Shown: piece by piece, positions 10,401 through 23,599 of the stretch
Layout: each line of letters starts with the position of its first letter
Numbering within the stretch: position 1 is the stretch's first letter
Source of the DNA: Auanema rhodensis
Taxonomy: Eukaryota > Animalia > Nematoda
Length of the DNA: 64,000 nt
NCBI GenBank assembly: GCA_964057225.1
Contig: OZ059900.1
Location: forward strand, 26,164,001 to 26,228,000
Direction of reading: 5' to 3'
Position numbers and translations under genes: made by a program
Notes under the pieces: generated by a model
Told to the model about the DNA's origin: nothing
What the model saw: only the letters and a program-made list of their open reading frames with translations
The model's database searches: none

Positions 10401-12100
10401 ATTCGTTGCATTTGACGACTCATATGAACAAAAATCGATGTAATCAATATTAGCCATAAGGGGCGTGCCCTCAGAATATGCTAATTTCCTTAATTTTCTA
10501 ACCCCTGTTTTTTTGTCGTGAAAGTGGAACTAGACGTTGTACGAACAATTTTGAGCTAGGTTTCATTGACATTGCATCAGTTTGAACACATGAAATCGTA
10601 AGTCAAAACCTTGTTTACAGCGAAATTTCCAAAAACTGGTTTTGCAGCATAATAAAATATTTCTCATGGGAAATACTGTGTTTTTGTATTTTTCTAGTGT
10701 TCAGCATGTAAAATGCTTCATTTTAGTATGTAACACGCTGAAATTCGTTGCATTTGACGACTCATATGAACAAAAATCGATTTATTCAATATTAGCCATA
10801 AGGGGCGTGCCCTCAGAATATGCTAATTTCCTTAATTTTCTAACCCCTGTTTTTTTGTCGTGAAAGTGGAACTAGACGTTGTACGAACAATTTTGAGCTA
10901 GGTTTCATTGACATTGCATGAGTTTGAACACATGAAATCGTAAGTCAAAACCTTGTTTACAGCGAAATTTCCAAAAACTGGTTTTCCAGCATAATAAAAT
11001 ATTTCTCATGGGAAATACTGTGTTTTTGTATTTTTCTAGTGTTCAGCATGTAAAATGCTTCATTTTAGTATGTAACACGCTGAAATTCGTTGCATTTGAC
11101 GACTCATATGAACAAAAATCGATTTAATCAATATTAGCCATAAGGGGCGTGCCCTCAGAATATGCTAATTTCCTTAATTTTCTAACCCCTGTTTTTTTGT
11201 CGTGAAAGTGGAACTAGACGTTGTACGAACAATTTTGAGCTAGGTTTCATTGACATTGCATGAGTTTGAACACATGAAATCGTAAGTCAAAACCTTGTTT
11301 ACAGCAAAATTTCCAAAAACTGGTTTTCCAGCATAATAAAATATTTCTCATGGGAAATACTGTGTTTTTGTATTTTTCTAGTGTTCAGCATGTAAAATGC
11401 TTCATTTTAGTATGTAACACGCTGAAATTCGTTGCATTTGACGACTCATATGAACAAAAATCGATTTAATCAATATTAGCCATAAGGGGCGTGCCCTCAG
11501 AATATGCTAATTTCCTTAATTTTCTAACCCCTGTTTTTTTGTCGTGAAAGTGGAACTAGACGTTGTACGAACAATTTTGAGCTAGGTTTCATTGACATTG
11601 CATGAGTTTGAACACATGAAATCGTAAGTCAAAACCTTGTTTACAGCGAAATTTCCAAAAACTGGTTTTCCAGCATAATAAAATATTTCTCATGGGAAAT
11701 ACTGTGTTTTTGTATTTTTCTAGTGTTCAGCATGTAAAATGCTTCATTTTAGTATGTAACACGCTGAAATTCGTTGCATTTGACGACTCATATGAACAAA
11801 AATCGATGTAATCAATATTAGCCATAAGGGGCGTGCCCTCAGAATATGCTAATTTCCTTAATTTTCTAACCCCTGTTTTTTTGTCGTGAAAGTGGAACTA
11901 GACGTTGTACGAACAATTTTGAGCTAGGTTTCATTGACATTGCATCAGTTTGAACACATGAAATCGTAAGTCAAAACCTTGTTTACAGCGAAATTTCCAA
12001 AAACTGGTTTTGCAGCATAATAAAATATTTCTCATGAGAAATACTGTGTTTTTGTATTTTTCTAGTGTTCAGCATGTAAAATGCTTCATTTTAGTATGTA
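2737..12100. repeat. ~12-monomer block duplicated at 5337-bp offset (~2737-6800 and ~8073-12100)
   Basis: Rare markers pair at a constant offset: ACCAATG 2771/8107, ACACCTG 3454/8791, CCATCATAATAC 4281/9618, ATGTAAT 5101/10438, ACAGCAAA 5964/11301, and ORFs 5305/10642. Confidence 0.9.
6840..7047. repeat. Truncated 208-bp monomer with a 134-bp internal deletion (consensus positions ~19-152 missing)
   Basis: The junction reads ...GAATATGCTAA|AGCGAAATTTCC... at 6857/6858, whereas the consensus continues TTTCCTTAATTTTC after GCTAA. The shift in array phase downstream matches a 134-bp loss. Confidence 0.95.
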
Positions 12101-15100
12101 ACACGCTGAAATTCGTTGCATTTGACGACTCATATGAACAAAAATCGATTTAATCAATATTAGCCATAAGGGGCGTGCCCTCAGAATATGCTAATTTCCT
12201 TAATTTTCTAACCCCTGTTTTTTTGTCGTGAAAGTGGAACTAGACGTTGTACGAACAATTTTGAGCTAGGTTTCATTGACATTGCATGAGTTTGAACACA
12301 TGAAATCGTAAGTCAAAACCTTGTTTACAGCGAAATTTCCAAAAACTGGTTTTCCAGCATAATAAAATATTTCTCATGGGAAAAACTGTGTTTTTGTATT
12401 TTTCTAGTGTTCAGCATGTAAAATGCTTCATTTTAGTATGTAACACACTGAAATTCGTTGCATTTGACGACTCATATGAACAAAAATCGATTTAATCAAT
12501 ATTAGCCATAAGGGGCGTGCCCTCAGAATATGCTAATTTCCTTAATTTTCTAACCCCTGTTTTTTTGTCGTGAAAGTGGAACTAGACGTTGTACGAACAA
12601 TTTTGAGCTAGGTTTCATTGACATTGCATGAGTTTGAACACATGAAATCGTAAGTCAAAACCTTGTTTACAGCGAAATTTCCAAAAACTGGTTTTCCAGC
12701 ATAATAAAATATTTCTCATGGGAAAAACTGTGTTTTTGTATTTTTCTAGTGTTCAGCATGTTAAATGCTTCATTTTAGTATGTAACACACTGAAATTTGT
12801 TGCATTTGACGACTCATATGAACAAAAATCGATTTAATCAATATTAGCCATAAGGGGCGTGCCCTCAGAATATGCTAATTTCCTTAATTTTCTAACCCCT
12901 GTTTTTTTGTCGTGAAAGTGGAACTAGACGTTGTACGAACAATTTTGAGCTAGGTTTCATTGACATTGCATGAGTTTGAACACATGAAATCGTAAGTCAA
13001 AACCTTGTTTACAGCGAAATTTCCAAAAACTGGTTTTCCAGCATAATAAAATATTTCTCATGGGAAATACTGTGTTTTTGTATTTTTCTAGTGTTCAGCA
13101 TGTAAAATGCTTCATTTTAGTATGTAACACGCTGAAATTCGTTGCATTTGACGACTCATATGAACAAAAATCGATTTAATCAATATTAGCCATAAGGGGC
13201 GTGCTCTCAGAATATGCTAATTTCCTTAATTTTCTAACCCCTGTTTTTTTGTCGTGAAAGTGGAACTAGACGTTGTACGAACAGTTTTGAGCTAGGTTTC
13301 ATTGACATTGCATGAGTTTGAACACATGAAATCGTAAGTCAAAACCTTGTTTACAGCGAAATTTCCAAAAACTGGTTTTCCAGCATAATAAAATATTTCT
13401 CATGGGAAATACTGTGTTTTTGTATTTTTCTAGTGTTCAGCATGTAAAATGCTTCATTTTAGTATGTAACACGCTGAAATTCGTTGCATTTGACGACTCA
13501 TATGAACAAAAATCGATTTAATCAATATTAGCCATAAGGGGCGTGCCCTCAGAATATGCTAATTTCCTTAATTTTCTAACCCCTGTTTTTTTGTCGTGAA
13601 AGTGGAACTAGACGTTGTACGAACAATTTTGAGCTAGGTTTCATTGACATTGCATGAGTTTGAACACATGAAATCGTAAGTCAAAACCTTGTTTACAGCG
13701 AAATTTCCAAAAACTGGTTTTCCAGCATAATAAAATATTTTTCATGGGAAATACTGTGTTTTTGTATTTTTCTAGTGTTCAGCATGTAAGATGCTTTATT
13801 TTAGTATGTAACACGCTGAAATTCGTTGCATTTGACGACTCATATGAACAAAAATCGATTTAATCAATATTAGCCATAAGGGGCGTGCCCTCAGAATATG
13901 CTAATTTCCTTAATTTTCTAACCCCTGTTTTTTTGTCGTGAAAGTGGAACTAGACGTTGTACGAACAATTTTGAGCTAGGTTTCATTGACATTGCATCAG
14001 TTTGAACACATGAAATCGTAAGTCAAAACCTTGTTTACAGCGAAAATTCCAAAAACTGGTTTTCCAGCATAATAAAATATTTTTCATGGGAAATACTGTG
14101 TTTTTGTATTTTTCTAGTGTTCAGCATGTAAAATGCTTCATTTTAGTATGTAACACGCTGAAATTCGTTGCATTTGACGACTCATATGAACAAAAATCGA
14201 TTTAATCAATATTAGCCATAAGGGGCGTGCCCTCAGAATATGCTAATTTCCTTAATTTTCTAACCCCTGTTTTTTTGTCGTGAAAGTGGAACTAGACGTT
14301 GTACGAACAATTCTGAGCTAGGTTTCATTGACATTGCATGAGTTTGAACACATGAAATCGTAAGTCAAAACCTTGTTTACAGCGAAATTTCCAAACACTG
14401 GTTTTCCAGCAAAATAAAATATTTCTCATGGGAAAAACTGTGTTTTTGTATTTTTCTAGTGTTCAGCATGTAAAATGCTTCATTTTAGTATGTAACACAC
14501 TGAAATTTGTTGCATTTGACGACTCATATGAACAAAAATCGATTTAATCAATATTAGCCATAAGGGGCGTGCCCTCAGAATATGCTAATTTCCTTAATTT
14601 TCTAACCCCTGTTTTTTTGTCGTGAAAGTGGAACTAGACGTTGTACGAACAATTTTGAGCTAGGTTTCATTGACATTGCATGAGTTTGAACACATGAAAT
14701 CGTAAGTCAAAACCTTGTTTACAGCGAAATTTCCAAAAACTGGTTTTCCAGCATAATAAAATATTTCTCAAGGGAAAAACTGTGTTTTTATATTTTTCTA
14801 GTGTTCAGCATGTGAAATGCTTTATTTTAGTATGTAACACGCTGAAATTTGTTGCATTTGACGACTCATATGAACAAAAATCGATTTAATCAATATTAGC
14901 CATAAGGGGCGTGCCCTCAGAATATGCTAATTTCCTTAATTTTCTAACCCCTGTTTTTTTGTCGTGAAAGTGGAACTAGACGTTGTACGAACAATTTTGA
15001 GCTAGGTTTCATTGACATTGCATGAGTTTGAACACATGAAATCGTAAGTCAAAACCTTGTTTACAGCGAAATTTCCAAAAACTGGTTTTCCAGCATAATA

Positions 15101-18100
15101 CAATATTTCTCATGGGAAATACTGTGTTTTTGTATTTTTCTAGTGTTCAGAATGTAAAATGCTTTATTTTAGTATGTAACACGCTGAAATTCGTTGCATT
15201 TGACGACTCATATGAACAAAAATCGATTTAATCAATATTAGCCATAAGGGGCGTGCCCTCAGAATATGCTAATTTCCTTAATTTTCTAACCCCTGTTTTT
15301 TTGTCGTGAAAGTGGAACTAGACGTTGTACGAACAATTTTGAGCTAGGTTTCATTGACATTGCATGAGTTTGAACACATGAAATCGTAAGTCAAAACCTT
15401 GTTTACTGCGAAATTTCCAAAAACTGGTTTTCCAGCATAATAAAATATTTCTCATGGGAAATACTGTGTTTTTGTATTTTTCTAGTGTTCAGCATGTAAA
15501 ATGCTTAATTTTAGTATGTAACACGCTGAAATTTGTTGCATTTGACGACTCATATGAACAAAAATCGATTTAATCAATATTAGCCATAAGGGGCGTGCCC
15601 TCAGAATATGCTAATTTCCTTAATTTTCTAACCCCTGTTTTTTTGTCGTGAAAGTGGAACTAGACGTTGTACGAACAATTTTGAGCTAGGTTTCATTGAC
15701 ATTGCATGAGTTTGAACACATGAAATCGTAAGTCAAAACCTTGTTTACAGCGAAATTTCCAAAAACTGGTTTTCCAGCATAATAAAATATTTCTCATGGG
15801 AAATACTGTGTTTTTGTATTTTTCTAGTGTTCAGCATGTAAAATGCTTCATTTTAGTATGTAACACGCTGAAATTCGTTGCATTTGACGACTCATATGAA
15901 CAAAAATCGATTTAATCAATATTAGCCATAAGGGGCGTGCCCTCAGAATATGCTAATTTCCTTAATTTTCTAACCCCTGTTTTTTTGTCGTGAAAGTGGA
16001 ACTAGACGTTGTACGAACAATTTTGAGCTAGGTTTCATTGACATTGCATGAGTTTGAACACATGAAATCGTAAGTCAAAACCTTGTTTACAGCGAAATTT
16101 CCAAAAACTGGTTTTCCAGCATAATAAAATATTTCTCATGGGAAATACTGTGTTTTTGTATTTTTCTAGTGTTCAGCATGTAAAATGCTTCATTTTAGTA
16201 TGTAACACGCTGAAATTCGTTGCATTTGACGACTCATATGAACAAAAATCGATTTAATCAATATTAGCCATAAGGGGCGTGCCCTCAGAATATGCTAATT
16301 TCCTTAATTTTCTAACCCCTGTTTTTTTGTCGTGAAAGTGGAACTAGACGTTGTACGAACAATTTTGAGCTAGGTTTCATTGACATTGCATGAGTTTGAA
16401 CACATGAAATCGTAAGTCAAAACCTTGTTTACAGCGAAATTTCCAAAAACTGGTTTTCCAGCATAATAAAATATTTCTCATGGGAAATACTGTGTTTTTA
16501 TATTTTTCTAGTGTTCAGCATGTAAAATGCTTCATTTTAGTATGTAACACGCTGAAATTCGTTGCATTTGACGACTCATATGAACAAAAATCGATTTAAT
16601 CAATATTAGCCATAAGGGGCGTGCCCTCAGAATATGCTAATTTCCTTAATTTTCTAACCCCTGTTTTTTTGTCGTGAAAGTGGAACTAGACGTTGTACGA
16701 ACAATTTTGAGCTAGGTTTCATTGACATTGCATGAGTTTGAACACATGAAATCGTAAGTCAAAACCTTGTTTACAGCGAAATTTCCAAAAACTGGTTTTC
16801 CAGCATAATAAAATATTTCTCAAGGGAAAAACTGTGTTTTTATATTTTTCTAGTGTTCAGCATGTAAAATGCTTTATTTTAGTATGTAACACGCTGAAAT
16901 TTGTTGCATTTGACGACTCATATGAACAAAAATCGATTTAATCAATATTAGCCATAAGGGGCGTGCCCTCAGAATATGCTAATTTCCTTAATTTTCTAAC
17001 CCCTGTTTTTTTGTCGTGAAAGTGGAACTAGACGTTGTACGAACAATTTTGAGCTAGGTTTCATTGACATTGCATGAGTTTGAACACATGAAATCGTAAG
17101 TCAAAACCTTGTTTACAGCGAAATTTCCAAAAACTGGTTTTCCAGCATAATAAAATATTTCTCATGGGAAATACTGTGTTTTTGTATTTTTCTAGTGTTC
17201 AGCATGTAAAATGCTTCATTTTAGTATGTAACACGCTGAAATTCGTTGCATTTGACGACTCATATGAACAAAAATCGATTTAATCAATATTAGCCATAAG
17301 GGGCGTGCCCTCAGAATATGCTAATTTCCTTAATTTTCTAACCCCTGTTTTTTTGTCGTGAAAGTGGAACTAGACGTTGTACGAACAATTTTGAGCTAGG
17401 TTTCATTGACATTGCATGAGTTTGAACACATGAAATCGTAAGTCAAAACCTTGTTTACAGCGAAATTTCCAAAAACTGGTTTTCCAGCATAATAAAATAT
17501 TTCTCATGGGAAATACTGTGTTTTTGTATTTTTCTAGTGTTCAGCATGTGAAATGCTTCATGTATGTAACGCGCTGAAATTCGTTGCATTTGACGACTCA
17601 TATGAACAAAAATCGATTTAATCAATATTAGCCATAAGGGGCGTGCCCTCAGAATATGCTAATTTCCTTAATTTTCTAACCCCTGTTTTTTTGTCGTGAA
17701 AGTGGAACTGGACGTTCTACGAACAATTTTGAGCTAGGTTTCATTGACATTGCATGAGTTTGAACACATGAAATCGTAAGTCAAAACCTTGTTTACAGCG
17801 AAATTTCCAAAAACTGGTTTTCCAGCATAATAAAATATTTCTCATGGGAAATACTGTGTTTTTGTATTTTTCTAGTGTTCAGCATGTAAAATGCTTCATT
17901 TTAGTATGTAACACGCTGAAATTCGTTGCATTTGACGACTCATATGAACAAAAATCGATTTAATCAATATTAGCCATAAGGGGCGTGCCCTCAGAATATG
18001 CTAATTTCCTTAATTTTCTAACCCCTGTTTTTTTGTCGTGAAAGTGGAACTAGACGTTGTACGAACAATTTTGAGCTAGGTTTCATTGACATTGCATGAG

Positions 18101-21100
18101 TTTGAACACATGAAATCGTAAGTCAAAACCTTGTTTACAGCGAAATTTCCAAAAACTGGTTTTCCAGCATAATAAAATATTTCTCATGGGAAATACTGTG
18201 TTTTTATATTTTTCTAGTGTTCAGCATGTAAAATGCTTCATTTTAGTATGTAACACGCTGAAATTCGTTGCATTTGACGACTCATATGAACAAAAATCGA
18301 TTTAATCAATATTAGCCATAAGGGGCGTGCCCTCAGAATATGCTAATTTCCTTAATTTTCTAACCCCTGTTTTTTTGTCGTGAAAGTGGAACTAGACGTT
18401 GTACGAACAATTTTGAGCTAGGTTTCATTGACATTGCATGAGTTTGAACACATGAAATCGTAAGTCAAAACCTTGTTTACAGCGAAATTTCCAAAAACTG
18501 GTTTTCCAGCATAATAAAATATTTCTCAAGGGAAAAACTGTGTTTTTATATTTTTCTAGTGTTCAGCATGTAAAATGCTTTATTTTAGTATGTAACACGC
18601 TGAAATTTGTTGCATTTGACGACTCATATGAACAAAAATCGATTTAATCAATATTAGCCATAAGGGGCGTGCCCTCAGAATATGCTAATTTCCTTAATTT
18701 TCTAACCCCTGTTTTTTTGTCGTGAAAGTGGAACTAGACGTTGTACGAACAATTTTGAGCTAGGTTTCATTGACATTGCATGAGTTTGAACACATGAAAT
18801 CGTAAGTCAAAACCTTGTTTACAGCGAAATTTCCAAAAACTGGTTTTCCAGCATAATAAAATATTTCTCATGGGAAATACTGTGTTTTTATATTTTTCTA
18901 GTGTTCAGAATGTAGAATGCTTTATTTTAGTATGTAACACGCTGAAATTTGTTGCATTTGACGACTCATATGAACAAAAATCGATTTAATCAATATTAGC
19001 CATAAGGGGCGTGCCCTCAGAATATGCTAATTTCCTTAATTTTCTAACCCCTGTTTTTTTGTCGTGAAAGTGGAACTAGACGTTGTACGAACAATTTTGA
19101 GCTAGGTTTCATTGACATTGCATGAGTTTGAACACATGAAATCGTAAGTCAAAACCTTGTTTACAGCGAAATTTCCAAAAACTGGTTTTCCAGCATAATA
19201 AAATATTTCTCATGGGAAATACTGTGTTTTTGTATTTTTCTAGTGTTCAGAATGTAGAATGCTTCATTTTAGTATGTAACACGCTGAAATTCGTTGCATT
19301 TGACGACTCATATGAACAAAAATCGATTTAATCAATATTAGCCATAAGGGGCGTGCCCTCAGAATATGCTAATTTCCTTAATTTTCTAACCCCTGTTTTT
19401 TTGTCGTGAAAGTGGAACTAAACGTTGTACGAACAATTTTGAGCTAGGTTTCATTGACATTGCATGAGTTTGAACACATGAAATCGTAAGTCAAAACCTT
19501 GTTTACAGCGAAATTTCCAAAAACTGGTTTTCCAGCATAATAAAATATTTCTCATGGAAAATACTGTGTTTTTGTATTTTTCTAGTGTTCAGCATGTAAA
19601 ATGCTTCATTTTAGTATGTAACACGCTGAAATTCGTTGCATTTGACGACTCATATGAACAAAAATCGATTTAATCAATATTAGCCATAAGGGGCGTGCCC
19701 TCAGAATATGCTAATTTCCTTAATTTTCTAACCCCTGTTTTTTTGTCGTGAAAGTGGAACTAGACGTTGTACGAACAATTTTAAGCTAGGTTTCATTGAC
19801 ATTGCATGAGTTTGAACACATGAAATCGTAAGTCAAAACCTTGTTTACAGCGAAATTTCCAAAAACTGGTTTTCCAGCATAATAAAATATTTCTCATGGG
19901 AAATACTGTGTTTTTGTATTTTTCTAGTGTTCAGCATGTAAAATGCTTCATTTTAGTATGTAACACGCTGAAATTCGTTGCATTTGACGACTCATATGAA
20001 CAAAAATCGATTTAATCAATATTAGCCATAAGGGGCGTGCCCTCAGAATATGCTAATTTCCTTAATTTTCTAACCCCTGTTTTTTTGTCGTGAAAGTGGA
20101 ACTAGACGTTGTACGAACAATTTTGAGCTAGGTTTCATTGACATTGCATGAGTTTGAACACATGAAATCGTAAGTCAAAACCTTGTTTACAGCGAAATTT
20201 CCAAAAACTGGTTTTCCAGCATAATAAAATATTTCTCATGGGAAATACTGTGTTTTTGTATTTTTCTAGTGTTCAGCATGTAAAATGCTTCATTTTAGTA
20301 TGTAACACGCTGAAATTCGTTGCATTTGACGACTCATATGAACAAAAATCGATGTAATCAATATTAGCCATAAGGGGCGTGCCCTCAGAATATGCTAATT
20401 TCCTTAATTTTCTAACCCCTGTTTTTTTGTCGTGAAAGTGGAACTAGACGTTGTACGAACAATTTTGAGCTAGGTTTCATTGACATTGCATCAGTTTGAA
20501 CACATGAAATCGTAAGTCAAAACCTTGTTTACAGCGAAATTTCCAAAAACTGGTTTTGCAGCATAATAAAATATTTCTCATGGGAAATACTGTGTTTTTG
20601 TATTTTTCTAGTGTTCAGCATGTAAAATGCTTCATTTTAGTATGTAACACGCTGAAATTCGTTGCATTTGACGACTCATATGAACAAAAATCGATTTAAT
20701 CAATATTAGCCATAAGGGGCGTGCCCTCAGAATATGCTAATTTCCTTAATTTTCTAACCCCTGTTTTTTCGTCGTGAAAGTGGAACTAGACGTTGTACGA
20801 ACAATTTTGAGCTAGGTTTCATTGACATTGCATGAGTTTGAACACATGAAATCGTAAGTCAAAACCTTGTTTACAGCGAAATTTCCAAAAACTGGTTTTC
20901 CAGCATAATAAAATATTTCTCATGGGAAATACTGTGTTTTTGTATTTTTCTAGTGTTCAGCATGTAAAATGCTTCATTTTAGTATGTAACACGCTGAAAT
21001 TCGTTGCATTTGACGACTCATATGAACAAAAATCGATTTAATCAATATTAGCCATAAGGGGCGTGCCCTCAGAATATGCTAATTTCCTTAATTTTCTAAC

Positions 21101-23599
21101 CCCTGTTTTTTTGTCGTGAAAGTGGAACTAAACGTTGTACGAACAATTTTGAGCTAGGTTTCATTGACATTGCATGAGTTTGAACACATGAAATCGTAAG
21201 TCAAAACCTTGTTTACAGCGAAATTTCCAAAAACTGGTTTTCCAGCATAATAAAATATTTCTCATGGGAAATACTGTGTTTTTGTATTTTTCTAGTGTTC
21301 AGCATGTAAAATGCTTCATTTTAGTATGTAACACGCTGAAATTCGTTGCATTTGACGACTCATATGAACAAAAATCGATTTAATCAATATTAGCCATAAG
21401 GGGCGTGCCCTCAGAATATGCTAATTTCCTTAATTTTCTAACCCCTGTTTTTTTCTCGTGAAAGTGGAACTAGACGTTGTACGAACAATTTTGAGCTAGG
21501 TTTCATTGACATTGCATGAGTTTGAACACATGAAATCGTAAGTCAAAACCTTGTTTACAGCGAAATTTCCAAAAACTGGTTTTCCAGCATAATAAAATAT
21601 TTCTCATGGGAAATACTGTGTTTTTGTATTTTTCTAGTGTTCAGCATGTAAAATGCTTCATTTTAGTATGTAACACGCTGAAATTCGTTGCATTTGACGA
21701 CTCATATGAACAAAAATCGATTTAATCAATATTAGCCATAAGGGGCGTGCCCTCAGAATATGCTAATTTCCTTAATTTTCTAACCCCTGTTTTTTTGTCG
21801 TGAAAGTGGAACTAGACGTTGTACGAACAATTTTGAGCTAGGTTTCATTGACATTGCATGAGTTTGAACACATGAAATCGTAAGTCAAAACCTTGTTTAC
21901 AGCGAAATTTCCAAAAACTGGTTTTGCAGCATAATAAAATATTTCTCATGGGAAATACTGTGTTTTTGTATTTTTCTAGTGTTCAGCATGTAAAATGCTT
22001 CATTTTAGTATGTAACACGCTGAAATTCGTTGCATTTGACGACTCATATGAACAAAAATCGATTTAATCAATATTAGCCATAAGGGGCGTGTCCTCAGAA
22101 TATGCTAATTTCCTTAATTTTCTAACCCCTGTTTTTTTGTCGTGAAAGTGAAACTAGACGTTGTACGAACAATTTTGAGCTAGGTTTCATTGACATTGCA
22201 TGAGTTTGAACACATGAAATCGTAAGTCAAAACCTTGTTTACAGCGAAATTTCCAAAAACTGGTTTTCCAGCATAATAAAATATTTCTCATGGGAAATAC
22301 TGTGTTTTTGTATTTTTCTAGTGTTCAGCATGTAAAATGCTTCATTTTAGTATGTAACACGCTGAAATTCGTTGCATTTGACGACTCATATGAACAAAAA
22401 TCGATTTAATCAATATTAGCCATAAGGGGCGTGCCCTCAGAATATGCTAATTTCCTTAATTTTCTAACCCCTGTTTTTTTGTCGTGAAAGTGGAACTAGA
22501 CGTTGTACGAACAATTTTGAGCTAGGTTTCATTGACATTGCATGAGTTTGAACACATGAAATCGTAAGTCAAAACCTTGTTTACAGCGAAATTTCCAAAA
22601 ACTGGTTTTCCAGCATAATAAAATATTTCTCATGGGAAATACTGTGTTTTTGTATTTTTCTAGTGTTCAGCATGTAAAATGCTTCATTTTAGTATGTAAC
22701 ACGCTGAAATTCGTTGCATTTGACGACTCATATGAACAAAAATCGATTTAATCAATATTAGCCATAAGGGGCGTGCCCTCAGAATATGCTAATTTCCTTA
22801 ATTTTCTAACCCCTGTTTTTTTGTCGTGAAAGTGGAACTAGACGTTGTACGAACAATTTTGAGCTAGGTTTCATTGACATTGCATGAGTTTGAACACATG
22901 AAATCGTAAGTCAAAACCTTGTTTACAGCGAAATTTCCAAAAACTGGTTTTCCAGCATAATAAGATATTTCTCATGGGAAATACTGTGTTTTTGTATTTT
23001 TCTAGTGTTCAGCATGTAAAATGCTTCATTTTAGTATGTAACACGCTGAAATTCGTTGCATTTGACGACTCATATGAACAAAAATCGATTTAATCAATAT
23101 TAGCCATAAGGGGCGTGCCCTCAGAATATGCTAATTTCCTTAATTTTCTAACCCCTGTTTTTTTGTCGTGAAAGTGGAACTAGACGTTGTACGAACAATT
23201 TTGAGCTAGGTTTCATTGACATTGCATGAGTTTGAACACATGAAATCGTAAGTCAAAACCTTGTTTACAGCGAAATTTCCAAAAACTGGTTTTCCAGCAT
23301 AATAAAATATTTCTCATGGGAAATACTGTGTTTTTGTATTTTTCTAGTGTTCAGCATGTAAGATGCTTCATTTTAGTATGTAACACGCTGAAATTCGTTG
23401 CATTTGACGACTCATATGAACAAAAATCGATTTAATCAATATTAGCCATAAGGGGCGTGCCCTCAGAATATGCTAATTTCCTTAATTTTCTAACCCCTGT
23501 TTTTTTGTCGTGAAAGTGGAACTAGACGTTGTACGAACAATTTTGAGCTAATTTTCATTGACATTGCATGAGTTTGAACACATGAAATCGTAAGTCAAA

